From NCBI GenBank assembly GCA_965644315.1, contig CBFFRQ010000043.1:620001-684000 (forward strand): 64,000 nt of DNA, given 5' to 3'. This DNA is from Caecitellus pseudoparvulus. Lineage: Eukaryota > Protista > Bigyra: Bicosoecida. The translations under genes were made by a program, and so were the position numbers. The notes beneath the pieces were generated by a model. It searched no databases. It worked only from the letters and a program-made list of their open reading frames with translations, and was not told the origin of the DNA. Numbering within the stretch: the stretch's first letter is position 1; every line of letters starts with the position of its first letter. Of this stretch, positions 46,143 to 59,229 are shown piece after piece.

Positions 46143-46879
46143 ATGGCGTGTGCTGCCCTGGCAAGCCAGCGGCTGTTGCGGCGTCTGCCAGTGCTGGGGG
46201 CCCGAGCCCTGAAGGCCCAAGCCTTGGCTGTGGCCGTCCCTCTGCGTTTACCGACAGTTGCTCGCCTTGTCGGTGCACAGGCCTGCTCGACCCAGTACGG
46301 CATGCTCTTCGCCCTGTATTGTGTGTGCAAGATGCAGCACAAATTTTATCTGCACACTCTGCGCAGGGCCAGTAGCCAGCTGAGCGAGCCAGAGTTCCAC
46401 GACCTTGCGGACAAGTGGATCAACGCACTGGAGGAGCATCTGGAGGCCCTGGATGAAGTGCTGGGGGATGATGTGGACCTCAGCAACGCCGTGCGTGGTG
46501 GGATGTGCGAGCCAATTTCCGCAGGCTGCCGTCACCCTTCCACGGCCTGCACCGCAGTCTGGAGTGCTGACGGTTGGACTGGGCACGCACGGAACGTATG
46601 TGTTGAATAAACAGGCCCCAAACAGGGAGATCTGGTGGTCGTCGCCCATCAGGTGTGTGGCATGTGCAGAGCGTCGTGCAGGAGGGCACGTCAGATGCAT
46701 GGCCATCCCCTACCTCTCACAGTGGCCCCAAGCGCTTCGCATGGGATGCACAGTCCGAGCAGTGGCTTGGAACACGTGATGGCGTGGAGTTGGTGGGGCT
46801 CCTGGAGCAGGAGCTGCGCGACACGCTGCCGGGCTTTGAGCTGGACGCTGATGGCATTCGGGATGAAGCTCGCGAGTGA
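46143..46879 (+). CDS. FXN: Frataxin, mitochondrial
   Basis: [38 protein letters not shown]; Arg-rich presequence; two introns. Confidence 0.95.
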
Positions 46880-47253
46880 GGCTGGGAGCCTCAGGTGCCG
46901 CCCTGGAGATAAGTCTTGGTGGCGTCTGGAACCATATAGGTGATGCAGCTGCCTGATGTGTTCTTTGACTCGCAGCGCTGGTGTGTAGGCAGCAGGCTCA
47001 GGCAGTGTGCTGTCGCGGTCGCCGTGCTGTGCAGACGCCTGAATCACGCAAATCCAATGCTCCCCACCACCCTGCATGCGAGCGCTGCGCATGTGCTGCA
47101 CCAGGAGTACCAGAAAAGCTGTAGCCTGAAGCCCGGCACCCCACCCGCGACTCGGTACTTCTAGCTCAGCAGGAAAGCCAGCGCTTGGACAGCGCAGCTG
47201 CAGGCCACTGACAGCTTGGCAGACACAGCACGCAACGCGAGTTGGAGGTAGTC

Positions 47254-48904
47254 ATGGCGCTGACAGATCCCAAGAACAACGCTGCGTTCGGTGAATGGCT
47301 GCACGGGCGCATGTCCAAGTTGTGAGGGCGGCCTGTGCATTGCAAGGGAGCGCGTCGATTTCCGCAGCTGCCCATGCTCTCTGATCCCGTGCAGCATCAA
47401 CGGCGACCCCAAGGACGTGGTCAAGTTCACAATTGCCTTGTGTCGGGCCACGCCCGAGCGCGACCTCCCAGAGACACTCGCCAAGGAGTTCGAAGTGCTG
47501 CTCAAGCGAGGTGCGTGGGGTGTGGGGCGCCGAGGCGGCGCGCGCATCCCCCCAGCACTTGCCTCGCTTCTGTGCGCAGGTGTGGATTGCCAGGCTTTCG
47601 CGTACGAAGTGGTGGACGTGTTGCGATCGGGCCCTCGCAGTGCCTCGCCCCCGCCCTCCCGTGACTTCCAGCGCGGTGGACCCGCAGACGACCGGCGGGG
47701 CGGCGGTGGTGGCCGGGACGGCCCCGGGCGGGGTGGCGGCGGCGGTGCGGGTCGCTACGACGCCCCAGGTGACGCCCGCCACGCCCGGCGGCAGCAGGGT
47801 GACGATCGGCGCGGAGGTCGCCGCGACGGCCCCTCGCGCACCCTGCGCCTGCTGGACGTGCCGCCCGCCCTGCTGAACATCAGCAAGCTGTCAGACTTCT
47901 TCTCCACGTGGGGCTGCGTGACCAACGTCATGCTGCAGGCCAGCAAGCGCAGCGCTTTTGTCCAGTTCGACTCGCCAGCTGGCGTGGAGGCGGCGCTGGC
48001 GGCGCGCCAGCCCGTGTGTGGCGACCGCCGTGTGCGGGTGGATGTGGCACGGTACGACGCCACACCGGCGGATGGACAGGGTCTGGCGCGCGTGCACACT
48101 GCAGGGCACGGGGAGGGGGCGCAGTGGGGGGGGGCCGCGGGGGGGAGGGAGGGGGGGGGTGACTCCCGTCCCCGCCACGCCTCGCCGCCCGCCCCCCCTC
48201 CGCCCCAGGCGCAGCAGCCCGAGGCCCACCATGCAGACGGCGGGTATGGGGATGAGGGGGAGGAGCAGGGGGGTGGCGGCCCCCCCCCCTCCTCCTCCCA
48301 TGCCCAGACCCCCGTGGCGGAGGCGCCCACCCCCACTCCCCTGGACGCCGGCACGGCACGGGTGGTGAGCCTGGTGCAGCGCAAGGAGCGGGAGCTGTCC
48401 ACTCTGCAGGACATGGTGGCGGCTTTCCAGCGTGATCTGGACCACCTCAAAAGCGGCGCGGTGCCGGCGGCGGAGCAGCGTGCCTTCCTCACACGCCTGA
48501 GGGCAGCAGGGGTGGAGATCAAGCGCAAGCAGGCAGCGGCGGCAGCTGTCCTGCAGAACGCCAAGACGGCAGCTGTGGTGGCGGCCAGTGGCGCCACGGG
48601 GGCTGCTGCGCCTGGGGCGGGGGGAGCTGGGCGAGGGCGTGGGCGTGGACGAGGGCGGGGACGTGGGAGGGGGGGACACGGGGGTAGCGGCGTGGGCGGC
48701 CTCTCGTGGGAGGCTGGTGCTCAGGCACCGGCAGGCAGTGAAGGCGCCACAATTGCCGGTGACGAGGCAGGGGCGGTGGTGGGTGAGGAGGAGGTGGCGG
48801 TGGATGGCGACAGCGCAGCAGGCGGTGAGGGCAGCTATGAGGCAGAGGGGGAGGAGGCTGTGTCGGCTGAGGGTGCCACTGGTGAGGCAGGAGACGAAGA
48901 GTGA
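47254..48904 (+). CDS. PWI + RRM RNA-binding protein (RBM26/27-like)
   Basis: Spliced N-terminus AFGEWL..DPKDVVKFTIAL is PWI-like; RRM LNISKLSDFFSTWGCVTNV..AFVQF; RG repeats. Confidence 0.72.
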
Positions 48905-49215
48905 GTGGCAGGGTCGCCACCGAGCGTGCAGGTGGTGTGCAGGTGAGGGAGGGGGGCGACTTGGCCGGGCAGGGACGGTGGCCGCATCTCCTCCTGCCGC
49001 ACGTTGGTGAGGCAGACACCCCCACAGCTGCTGGAGCAACGCAGGAGCAGCGGCAAGCTTCCCCCGCAAGCAATTCATAGTCACACACCCCCTCTTCCAG
49101 CGCAGGCTCCTGCGCAGTGTGCTGTGCAGGCCATGGGTGCTGCTTTGTCTGGCAGTGCTACCTACCGCTGATGCAGCACCAGCTGAGCAGTCCACTTTGA
49201 GCAGGTGCCAGCACC

Positions 49216-51415
49216 ATGCAGCAGCAGGCGAAGCGGTCCCGCCCTAGGGGGCCAAGTGGCACTGCAGCCAGCACTGAGGCTGTTGCCTCTCGGCTCCGCA
49301 GCGCGTCAGGTGCGTGGGCTGCCTGGCTCAGCGTTTCGTGCCGGGCCAATCCGAAGCACGGCGGCACGGCCCTCACCTTGCCGCTGCCGCAGACATGTGC
49401 GACAAGGGCTGGATCAGCACCGCCCAAAAAGACATCATGAAAGACCTCATCATGATGTCCGACCCTGTGCTCCTGGATGCCTTCAGCCGCCACGAAAGCG
49501 GGGATGGCAGCAGCCTGCAAAGTGAGAGCGCTGCACAGCCTGCACCATGCACTTGGCTCCCCAGCACCCGCACTCGGCCACGCACGTGCCTGCAGACCTC
49601 ATCGTTCGAGGGTACTTGGAACAGAACGCCCACGTCCACGCCAGCATGGTGTCGGCTCTCTCCATGTCAGGCCTCAGCGTCGCAGGTGGCGCAGCCCCGC
49701 AGCCTCAGGCATCTGCAGCTGACCAGCCTGTCGCCAGCCTCCCAGCGCAGCAGCTTGGCGTGAGTGCAGCAGTGGCCCGTGACCCACACACCTGCTCCAC
49801 CCCCCCCCTCATCCCCCCCCTCCAGGCTCTGAACATGTCCCACATCCCGCCCGTCTCCGCCCCCACCCAAGTCCCAGCGTCTGCGGCGCCCACGGCGCCC
49901 ACCGCCGCCTCCGCCTCCAACGCCGCCCTTGCCCGCCAGCTGCTGCAAGGCCTGTCTGCCCCCCGCCGAGGCCAAGGCGAGGGCGAGGGGGATGCGGCAT
50001 CCCTCCCCCGGGCCCGTGGCGGCAGCGGCGGCGAGCGGGGCGACCTCCAGTTGCCGCCCACCCCCACCTCCGGCGTCCTGCCCTCCCTCGGCACCATCGT
50101 CTCCCGCGCCTCGGGCGGCTCGGACATCTTCCCCCTGGGCCCGTCCCCCGGCCCCCTGCACGCGGGCCCTGCGCCCATCCCCCACTTCCTCCGCTCCCGT
50201 GCCGGGTCCGAGGCTTCCTCCGAATCTCGCCTGTCGGGCGGGGGCTCCTGGGCGGCGGGGGCGGGCAGTCTCGTGCGGAACATGGGCCCAGGGCCCCTCG
50301 CCACGCCCTTCCACAGCGCCGGGGACGTGGCGGCGCCCCGGGCGCGGGGGCACAGCTTCGGCCTGGGCATCATGTCCGCATCAGTGGACGGCGAGGAGGG
50401 CGGCGGGCGCGAGGCCTTCGGCGCCCTGGACAGCGCAGACAGCGACGTGGGGCACTTCCCCCGCCCAGGCCCACAGCCCAGCCTGCCCTTCATGCGCCAC
50501 AGCACAGCGGTGGCTGCGGCTGCAGCGCGGGGGGGGGGCATGGGGGGCCTCTTGCGGCAGGAGATGCGGGGGCGTAAGCGGCAGTTGAGCGGGGGGGGGG
50601 CCTCTGTGCTGGATGGAGCCCCCCCCTCATCCCCCCTCCTGGGCGCCGCTGGCGTCACCTACGTCTCCACGGCGGGTCTGGGTCTGGGCCCGGGGGCGGT
50701 GTCCGCTGGCTTCCCCCCCACCGCCGCCACCCAGCCGCAGCCCACGCCAGCCCTGCGCCCCGGGCCGGCCCCCGACGCACGGTACTCCCTGCGCCACAAT
50801 GTGCCCACCAGTGTGACGGGCTCCCACCCCCTCGTGCAGCAACCCGCCCCCGCCCCCGGCCACCCCAGCTCCTTCGCTGCGCCTGGTCAGGGAGGGGCTG
50901 CGCCCCAGCCCCCCCCCCACGCAGCGGCTGGCTACGCGCCGTTCTGGGGGGACCTGGTGGCCAACGTGACACCGGCAGGGCCACAGCCCATGGCCCTGCG
51001 CCAGCCAGCGCCGCAGCCGTACCAGGCAGCCCAGGGGACGCCGGTGTCTCGTGAGCCCCCCCCTCCCACCCCCCCCACACAGGCCCCTGGTCTGCCTTCC
51101 GCGCCGGCCTGGCCAACGTCAGCCGTTGGCCCCACGACAAGCGGCGTGTCCCGTCCCCACAGCTCGGCCTCCGGCGGTGCGCGGGCGGCGGGGGGGGGCT
51201 CCTCCACCCTGCCCGTATCCACTGCCCCCTTCCACGCTGGCACCCGCCGCGCCACCCTGGAGCGCTTCTACGCCAAGCGCCTCACACGCGTGTGGAAGAA
51301 GAAGGTCAAGTACGGCGTGCGCAAGGACTTCGCGGACCAGCGCATGCGCGTGCGGGGGCGCTTCGTGCGCAAGGAGGACGAGGAGATGCTGCGGGAGGTG
51401 GTGCAGCTGACGTGA
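49216..51415 (+). CDS. CCT-domain protein
   Basis: C-terminal RRATLERFYAKRLTRVWKKKVKYGVRKDFADQRMRVRGRFV is a CCT motif. The 5' exons are inferred from GT-AG introns. Confidence 0.85.
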
Positions 51416-51459
51416 CGGTGCCCCCCCCCTCCCTCCCCAGCCTTGCATGTGGGGCAGTG

Positions 51460-51471
51460 CCAATGCATTGG
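51460..51471. terminator. Candidate bidirectional 3'-end/poly(A) signal CCAATGCATTGG (representative copy)
   Basis: Perfect palindrome in the 58-nt gap between the convergent CCT and MRPL22 stop codons; the same core recurs at other gene ends. Confidence 0.5.
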
Positions 51472-51473
51472 TC

Positions 51474-52207
51474 CTAGTACGCGCGGGAGGCTGTGCTGTG
51501 TCGCTTGGGCGGTGCGGTGCCCGGGGCGAAACGCACGAGGGCCTGCTTCTCAGCGGCTGTCATCTCGCGCAGCTGGATGGTGACGCGGGAACGCTGCTTG
51601 GCGCCGACGCCGAAGCGGCCACGGGAGTGGAACCGTAGAGTCTTCTGCGTGGGCCCGTCCTTGGCCACCTGGGCCTGGTCGATCATCAGCTCGTTGGCTG
51701 TGAGCTGGTGGTAGAAGTCGGCGTTCTTCACGGCGCGCTTGATGGCCTTAGCCACCTCTGGCCCACGGATGCGGTCCGAGAACTCCATCTGGGCGATGGC
51801 TTCTGGAACAGACAGGCCTCGGATCTGTGCAAGTGCTAACGGGTGGCCTATGACTGCTTCGTGCAGGCGCGGGCACGGGCAGCGGCGTGCACGCCACGCA
51901 CCTGGCGCAAGAGCGGGACCAGTTTCTTGGTGCTGCCGGCGACACGGCGCTTGACGAACCACGCCACGCGGACGTCCTCCTCTGCCTCCTGTCCAGCCTC
52001 CTCCACGTCCACGATGGTGTAGGCAGGCTCAGAGCTGCCTTCGCCCTCAGCAGCAGCCGAAGCCGTGGCGAGAGGGCGGCTGCTGTGCGGAAGTGACGCC
52101 ACGCTCGTCAGGGAGCCGGCCACAGCAGGCAGCAAGCAAGGCAGGCCGATGCCCACGGCAGGCAGGCGGGACCAAAGCAGGGGGGTTGCCCTCGCGAGGG
52201 TGTTCAT
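51474..52207 (-). CDS. MRPL22: Mitochondrial ribosomal protein uL22m
   Basis: STKKL..LLRQ|IRGLSVPEAIAQMEFS..AVKNA..FHSRGRFG..SRVTIQLRE; N-terminal presequence. Confidence 0.9.
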
Positions 52208-52657
52208 GGTGCAGTGCAGTGGCGGGGGGACCGGCTGAGCGCGCTGATCTGCCGGAGAGGGCAGTCAGTCAAATTCCGCAAGCAACCAGGCTGGGGCAGT
52301 GACCTTGGCCCACGAGGCAAGGAGAGCTGCAGCGCAGGGGGCGAGTGCTCTGGACGATGGGAAAGATTGTATTGGTTTGATTTTGGCGCTGGGCGGCCGG
52401 CTCCGCCTCTGCCACGCACCATCGTCGCTCCCGAGCAAGCCAAGCGCAGGTAGCTGCCAAGCCTTGATCGGGCGCTAGGGGGCAGGAACGCACATTCCCC
52501 GCGAGCAGGGGGCGGCTCCTGGCACTTTCTCACATCCCCCGCACCCCCCAAGGTTGCCCGCACCAGGCCCCGAGCTTGTGACGCAGGCAGCAGTGCCTGC
52601 CGGGGCTGTTCCAGTGCCGCACCCACCCCCAGCACACCAGTGCCACCCCTGCCCGCC

Positions 52658-54759
52658 ATGCCCACCATCGGAGTGTTCAAGGACGAGTTGGAGGCGCAGC
52701 TGGGGCGCGCCTACACTGAAGATGAGTTTGCTGACCTCTGCTTCGACTTCGGCATTGAGCTGGACGACGTGACGACAGAAGCGCAGATGGCCGAGAAGGC
52801 GGGCGCCACGGGCACTGCAGCAGGCACCGCCACCGGCTCTGACCGCGTCATCTACCGCATCGACATCCCCGCAAACCGCTACGACTTGTTGTGCATCGAA
52901 GGTCTCGCACGTGCCTTGCGCATTTTCCTGGGCAAGCAGAGCACTCCCGTGCGTGGCGCGTGCCGCTGGCCGTCTGGCTCCCCTCGCGTGCTCCACCGCC
53001 GCCTCCCCTCTCCTTGCGCCGCAGACCTTCACCGTGACCAAGCCAGAGGCCCCTCTCACCATGACTGTCAAGGCTGCCACAGCTGTGCGTTGCGCAGAGC
53101 CGTCGCTGGGCGCCGCCAGCCAGCTACACCTCACCCCCCTGCGCACCCGCTGCTGCCACGCAGAGCATTCGTCCCTACGTCGTCAGCGCCGTGCTGCGGG
53201 GCCTGAACATCACCCCCGCCGTGTACAAGAGCTGCATCGACCTGCAGGACAAGCTGCACCAGAACATCTGCCGCCGGCGCACGCTGGTGGCGATCGGCAC
53301 CCACGACCTGGCGACGCTGACCCCCCCCTTCACGTACGACGCACGGGCCCCCGGGGACATCGCCTTCGTGCCGCTCACGCAGGGAGAGGAGTTCACCGCC
53401 GACAAGCTGATGGAGTTCTACGAGACGGACGTGTCTGTGAAGCACATCAAGCCCTACGTGTCCATCATCAAGGACTCCCCCGTGTACCCCGTCATCACGG
53501 ACGCGACGGGGACAGTGCTGTCCCTGCCCCCCATCATCAACGGCGAGCACTCCAAGCTGACCACCGCCACCCGGGACATGCTCATCGAGTGCACGGCGAC
53601 AGACCTGACCAAGGCCCACATCGTCCTGAACACCATGGTCACCATGCTGTCCGAGCACTGCGCCGAGCCGTTCAGCGTGGAGCCAGTGCAGGTTGTGTAT
53701 GAGGACCCGGCAGGGGCGCCAGACGCCAAGGGCGGCTACATGACCCCCCAGCTGGACAGCCGCACCGCCACGGCGCGTGTGGCAGACATCAACGGCATCT
53801 GTGGCACGAAGCTGGCGGGGGACACCATCGTGTCCATCCTGCCCAAGATGCAGCTGGATGCTCGCCTGGTGGAGGGGGGGGAGGCGGTGGAGGTGGTGGT
53901 GCCGCCCACGCGCACGGACATCCTGCACGCCGTGGACATCGCGGAGGATGTGGCCATCGCCTACGGCTACAACAACATCGTCAAGACCATCCCCGCCACG
54001 CCCTCCACGGCATACCAGCAGCCCGTGAACAAGCTGACGGACCTGCTGCGCGTGGAGATGGCAGGGGCGGGGTACACGGAGTGCCTCACCATGGCCCTGG
54101 TGTCCCGCAAGGAGAACTTCACCATGCTGCGCCACGAGGATGATGACTCCGCCGTCACGCTGGGCAACCCCAAGACGAAGGAGTTCGAGGTGGGGCGCAC
54201 ACAGCTGACGTCAGGCCTGCTCAAGTCCCTGGCCAGCAACAAGGACCAGTCCTTCGCCACTGGCGTGAAGCTGTTCGAGATCTCCGACGTGATGGTGCTG
54301 GACAGCACCTCGGACGTCGGCGCGGTGAACCAGCGCAACCTGGCCGCCTTGTTCTGCAGCACCACCGCTGGCTTCGAGGTCATGCACGGGCTGGTGGACC
54401 GCATCATGACCCTGCTCAGCGTGCCCCTGCACCCTGACGTCGCCAAGCTCGCCGTGGCGGGCGCACACAAGGAAGCCATTAGCCCCGCAGCTGCCGCCGC
54501 CAGTGGCGGCGCTGTCGTGGAGGGCGACGCCGAGTGGACGGGGCAGGTGTACAAGGTGCAGGAGGGCAGCAACCCCACCTTCCTCCCAGGGCGCTCTGCA
54601 GACATCGTGGTGGTGACTGCCACCGGCACAGGCGCCGCCCGCAAGGAGGAGGCCAAGGTTGTCGGCACGCTGGGCGTCGTGCACCCGGAGGTGCTCAAGG
54701 CCTTCGAGCTGGACTTCCCCGCCAGCACGCTGGAGCTGAACTTGCAGGGCTTCGTGTGA
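52658..54759 (+). CDS. FARSB: Phenylalanyl-tRNA synthetase beta subunit
   Basis: FADLCFDFGIELD, YRIDIPANRYDLLCIEG, IDLQDKLHQNICRRRTLVAIGTHDL, LSLPPIING, RTDILHAVDIAED; two introns. Confidence 0.97.
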
Positions 54760-55269
54760 GGCAAGCCCGGCGCGGCTTGTGCAAGACGGGTGCAATGCAT
54801 GCTTGTCATGCAGGTTTGCTGCGGCGGCTTCTGCGATCAAGGGACAGGCGCCTGCACTGAGCACAATGCAACACCCGGCCCGCCACGATGCGCGGGGCAG
54901 TGGCGTGGTGCGGGATTCTTCACACCGGGCTGGGTGGCTCGGTAATGCCGCGGGCCCTCGCAATCGTGCCCTGGGAGTGGTCAGCACTCCTTGGTGGCAG
55001 GCAGTGAAACACCCCGCCAATCTGAACCGTCGCTGTGGGAACGGAGCTCTCCTGCCAGCCTTTCACCCAGGCTCCCCAGGTGCGCGATGTGAACAGCGTT
55101 TGGTGTCCTACTTGTCATCTCTCGTTCCTTGTGCGCCTGGGGCCGGTTGGGGACCGAAAGCGTTGCCCTTGCGTTTCGCTGGTGCTCGCTGCAGGAGCAC
55201 CGCACTCCTGCCCCTTCCGTGCTGTGTCACAGGTGGGGGATGCTGCGAGCTGCACGTCGGACAGTAAAC

Positions 55270-56535
55270 ATGGCATACTGTGCTCTCTCTGCCCCGGCGT
55301 CCATCAGCCGCTCGGCCTCGGCCGCCGACACGACGGGCACCACGCCCACCAGCGTCGTGCACCGGAGCATGTGCGATTCCTGCTTCTACGGACCCTACGC
55401 CAGTCTCCGGGCAAAGTTGGACTTCACATACCACGCCAACTACACGGAAGAGCGGCAGAGTGACCAGGACAAGCTCGTGACAGAGGTCCTTTCGTCGGGT
55501 GTGTGCACAGCGCTCAGCGAACCCTGCTGCCTCCGGCACACATTGCTCTGCACTCCCCGCGCAGGAGTGCCCTCTGACAAGCCGTGGATTGTGTACACGG
55601 CGGGAGCCATGGGTGTGGGCAAGTCCTGGACCATGCGGTGGCTGCAGCGGAACGGGTACTTCCCTCTGAACTACTTCGTACACATTGACCCAGACGCGTT
55701 GAAGGTGTGTGGTGTTGGATGCCTGACACAGGCGCGCCGGCGCACCTCCACGCCCCCCCCGGCGCCCCACAGTGTATGCTGCCGGAGATGGAAACGTACA
55801 TAAAGCAGAACCCAGAGATGGCAGCCACACTGACACACAAGGAGTCTGGGTACATCGCAGAAGTGGCCGAGGCTGCTGCGTTGGCGAATTCGTTTCACGT
55901 CTTGGTGGACGGCTCCCTGCGCGACGCAGACTGGTACATTGGCGTCTTCAAGCGCATCCGAGAGCAGTACCCACACTACAGGATCGGCATCTTGCACGTC
56001 ATTGCCGCGCCAGCCAAAGTGTACAGGCGTGCAGAGAAGCGCAGTCGAAAGGTACGTGCAGCGCTCATGATCCTGCCGCCTCGTAGCACTTGCCGCAATG
56101 GTGCTTCGCGCGCCACCGCAGACTGGCCGTGTAGTGCCCAAGCATGTGTTGGATGCGTCCATTTTCTCTGTGCCGCGGTCGGTGCAGCAGCTGGCTCCCT
56201 ACGCTGATTTTGTGGCGGAGGTGAATTTGGACAGGGGCACACCCTGCCCCCTGACCATGCCGTGGGCACAGCTGCAGGCTGCCTTCGCGTCTGTCACCGA
56301 AGATGCCGTGGCTGCAGGGCGCGCCTCTGCTTCCTCTGCAGCTGCTGGGATGGATGATGATGACGAATTCGACGATGATGAAGAGGAAGAGGGTGGGAGC
56401 GGTGGCGGGGAGGCTGCCGACAGCGCACCTGGCGGGCAAGCCCCTGCCAGTGGGGCTGAAGCTGTGCCAGGCCCCAGTGACCATGTTGAGGGCGGAGCCG
56501 TGGAGACGCCAGCCAAGAGGGCTCGGCACGGCTGA
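55270..56535 (+). CDS. Zeta-toxin-like P-loop kinase
   Basis: WIVYTAGAMGVGKS, IDPDALK..LPE, THKESGYIAE, VLVDGSL, RAEKR..TGRVVP; three introns; acidic tail. Confidence 0.8.
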
Positions 56536-56780
56536 TGCATGTGTGGGTGTAATGCAAACCAGTGCTGGGTTTCGCAGGCAGGTCACGAGCCAGTAAAGCC
56601 TCGGAGCAGTTGGCTGCAAGACCCACATCGTGCGCACACAGAAAGCCCGCTACCTCGAGCTCGAGAGGCTTGGAGCACGCTCCAGTGCTCTCGCGAGACT
56701 CCGCCGAGTGTAGTAGCGGCAAGGCAGCCTGCGCAGTAGGCGCGAGGTGCTTGGCCGTTTCGTCCCTCACGCACAGGGGC

Positions 56781-57501
56781 ATGGATGCCCCAGAGCCTGC
56801 TGCCCCGTCACAGTTCGAACTTCTGCGTTCGGCACTGAAAAGGTACGTGGAGTAGCGCCTGTGCGGCGCGAGTCGCGTCCTACCGCGTGCAATCGCACGG
56901 GGCTTTCCTGCCTCCTCAGGAAGTACCAACACCTGCTGGATCAGAGCACTGTATACGTGTCTTATCGGTGGGCAGGCCTGCTGGTGTTGCTGGGGCTGTA
57001 CTGTGTGAGAGTGTGGTCTGTGAATGGCTTCTTCGTCGTGTCCTACGGCCTGGGGCTGTTCATCTTGAACCAGTTCATCGGCTTCATCTCTCCACCCGTA
57101 AGTCACGCGAAACGCCGGCGCAACGCCGCACATCGGCGTCACCTCTCAAGGCGCCGCTGCAGATTGACCCCGAGACAGAGGGCCCAGTGCTGCCCAGCTC
57201 CACACGGGAGGCAGAGGAGTACCGTCCTTTCCAGCGGCAAGTGCCTGAGTTCAAGTTCTGGCTGAACTGTGTTGGGGCCACCCTGCTGGCCATGACGCTC
57301 ACGTTGAGCCGCGTCTTCGACCTGCCCGTCTTCTGGCCCATCCTTGTCCTGTACTTCTTCGTGCTCATGTTCGTGTCCATGCAGAAGCGCATCCTGCACA
57401 TGTGGAAGCACAAGTACATTCCCTGCGACTGCGGCAAGCGCACCTACGGCGGCAAGGGCGGCAAAGGCGCCAAGTTCACGGGAGCAGGGCTCACGCGCTA
57501 G
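56781..57501 (+). CDS. RER1: ER retrieval protein RER1
   Basis: YQHLLD, YGLGLFILNQFIGFISP, EYRPFQRQVPEFKFW, FDLPVFWPILVLYF, HMWKHKYIP; two introns. Confidence 0.96.
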
Positions 57502-57528
57502 GCTGCCCAGCAGCAATGCATTCACGTT

Positions 57529-59229
57529 TCACCGGCGCCCCCAGAACCCGAACGGGTCGGGCAGCGCGGTGGCCTTGGCTTTGGCGTCCAGCGTCATGGT
57601 GTTGTACTGGCGGCTGGACACGCTGGCATGCGGCGGCGGCTCCACGTGGCCCCACCGCCTGTCCTCTGTGCCCCGCATGAGCACGACACCCGGCACGTAC
57701 GTCGCACCCCGCACGCCGGCAAAGCCGTACCCCGTGTCCCCGCTGTCCCCAGACCTGCCCGAATCTGCCATGCTGCCGTCAGCCTCGCTGCCCGCGTCAC
57801 TCCACGACCTGCCCCGGCCCCGCCACGCCCCCCCCCGTCGCCCGTGCGCAGCGGAGGAGGCGTCACTGCCTGGACTGGGCCGCCTGTGGCGGCGCCCGTG
57901 TCGGGACCGGCGCCCATGCCGCTCCTGCTCCGCCGCCACCAGCTCCCCTGCCAGCGCGTCCACTTCCTCCTGGGGCAGGGCGCCCCACCCAGGCACACGC
58001 GGGCCCCACCCGCCATCCAACTCGTCACTGGCCAGGAGCGCCGCCATGTTCCGGACTCCGCCCAGGGACCCCGCGAGGGACGCTGCGGCAGGGGGTGCCA
58101 GCACCGCTGCTTGGCGCCCGGGGTCTACAGGGGGCTTGGCCCTGGACGTGCCGTGGCCGTGGGTGGCCCAGGACAGCGTGTCCTGCGCCCTGCGCTCCAC
58201 TGCCTCCCGCACACCTGTGTCAGTGTAGTCTCCACCCGCTGGCGTGGCGCCCAGGGCGAACCCTGCGTGAGGTCCGGGCAGCGCCCCAGCCTCCTCCACT
58301 GCCAGCGCCTCCCCAGGCACATCGTCTGCCGCCAGTTTCCGCTCAATGGCAGTGCGGAGGGAGTGCAGGCGGTAGTAGGCGGACTCAATGTACAGCTGGC
58401 GGAGGAGGGCCAGGTTGGAGGGCAGGGAGTCGTGCCGCAGGAAGGCCAGGATGTGCCTGAACACCCACCAGTCCCGGTCGATGAACACTGTCCCAGACGC
58501 ATTCCTGGCAAAGTGACTCCCACCACCACCGTGCAGCGATCGCCCTGAGTCAGCGGGGGCGGCGTCCCCCGCCTCGCGCGCCGGCTCCGCCGCGGGAGTC
58601 TTGGACTCGGCGGCACCCTCCTCAGCTGGAGCAGGAGCAGGAGCACTGCTCGTTGCCGGGGGGGGCTGCGTGACGATGGCGGCCAGTAGCGAAAAGCGGT
58701 CCTTCGTGAGGGTGCTGGGGGACGTCTCGAACACCTGCCCGCCCACATTGAGCCGGATGCGTCCAGGCGCGCCGTCTGCCGAGCCCCACTTCTTGCTCAC
58801 TTCCTCCTCAAACCTGGGCAGGGACGGGCGTGCGGGACAGTGTGCAGAGCTGTGCACCTTGCCTCCATGCAGGGCTTGCTGCTTACTCTGCTTTTGCTTC
58901 ATCCAACGCAGCGCGCTCCTCCTTCAGCAGGCCACGCTCCTCTTGCAGCAACTCGTACTGCTCGTGCAGCTGTGTCCCGGGGCAGGAGGTTCTATTGCAC
59001 GCAGCTGAAGGTGATCACACGACGCAGCATCACGTACTTCATCTTGAGAGGCCCGCCATTTTTCGTAGGATGCCTCCAGAACCCGGCTTTCGAACCTGCG
59101 ACGATCGCGGGCGTTGGCGTTTCATACTGCACTGTGCATCGTGCTCGTGTGCGAGTTTGAGCCAGGTGCGCACCTCACGGCATTGTCTAGCCTTTGAACA
59201 AGTGCCTGCAGTCCGATGTCACGATCCAT
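57529..59229 (-). CDS. Coiled-coil + KCTD-type BTB/POZ protein
   Basis: RIRLNVGGQVFETSPSTL..FIDRDWWVFRHILAFLR..LYIESAYYRL; three short upstream exons from ATG 59229 splice in frame. Confidence 0.85.
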
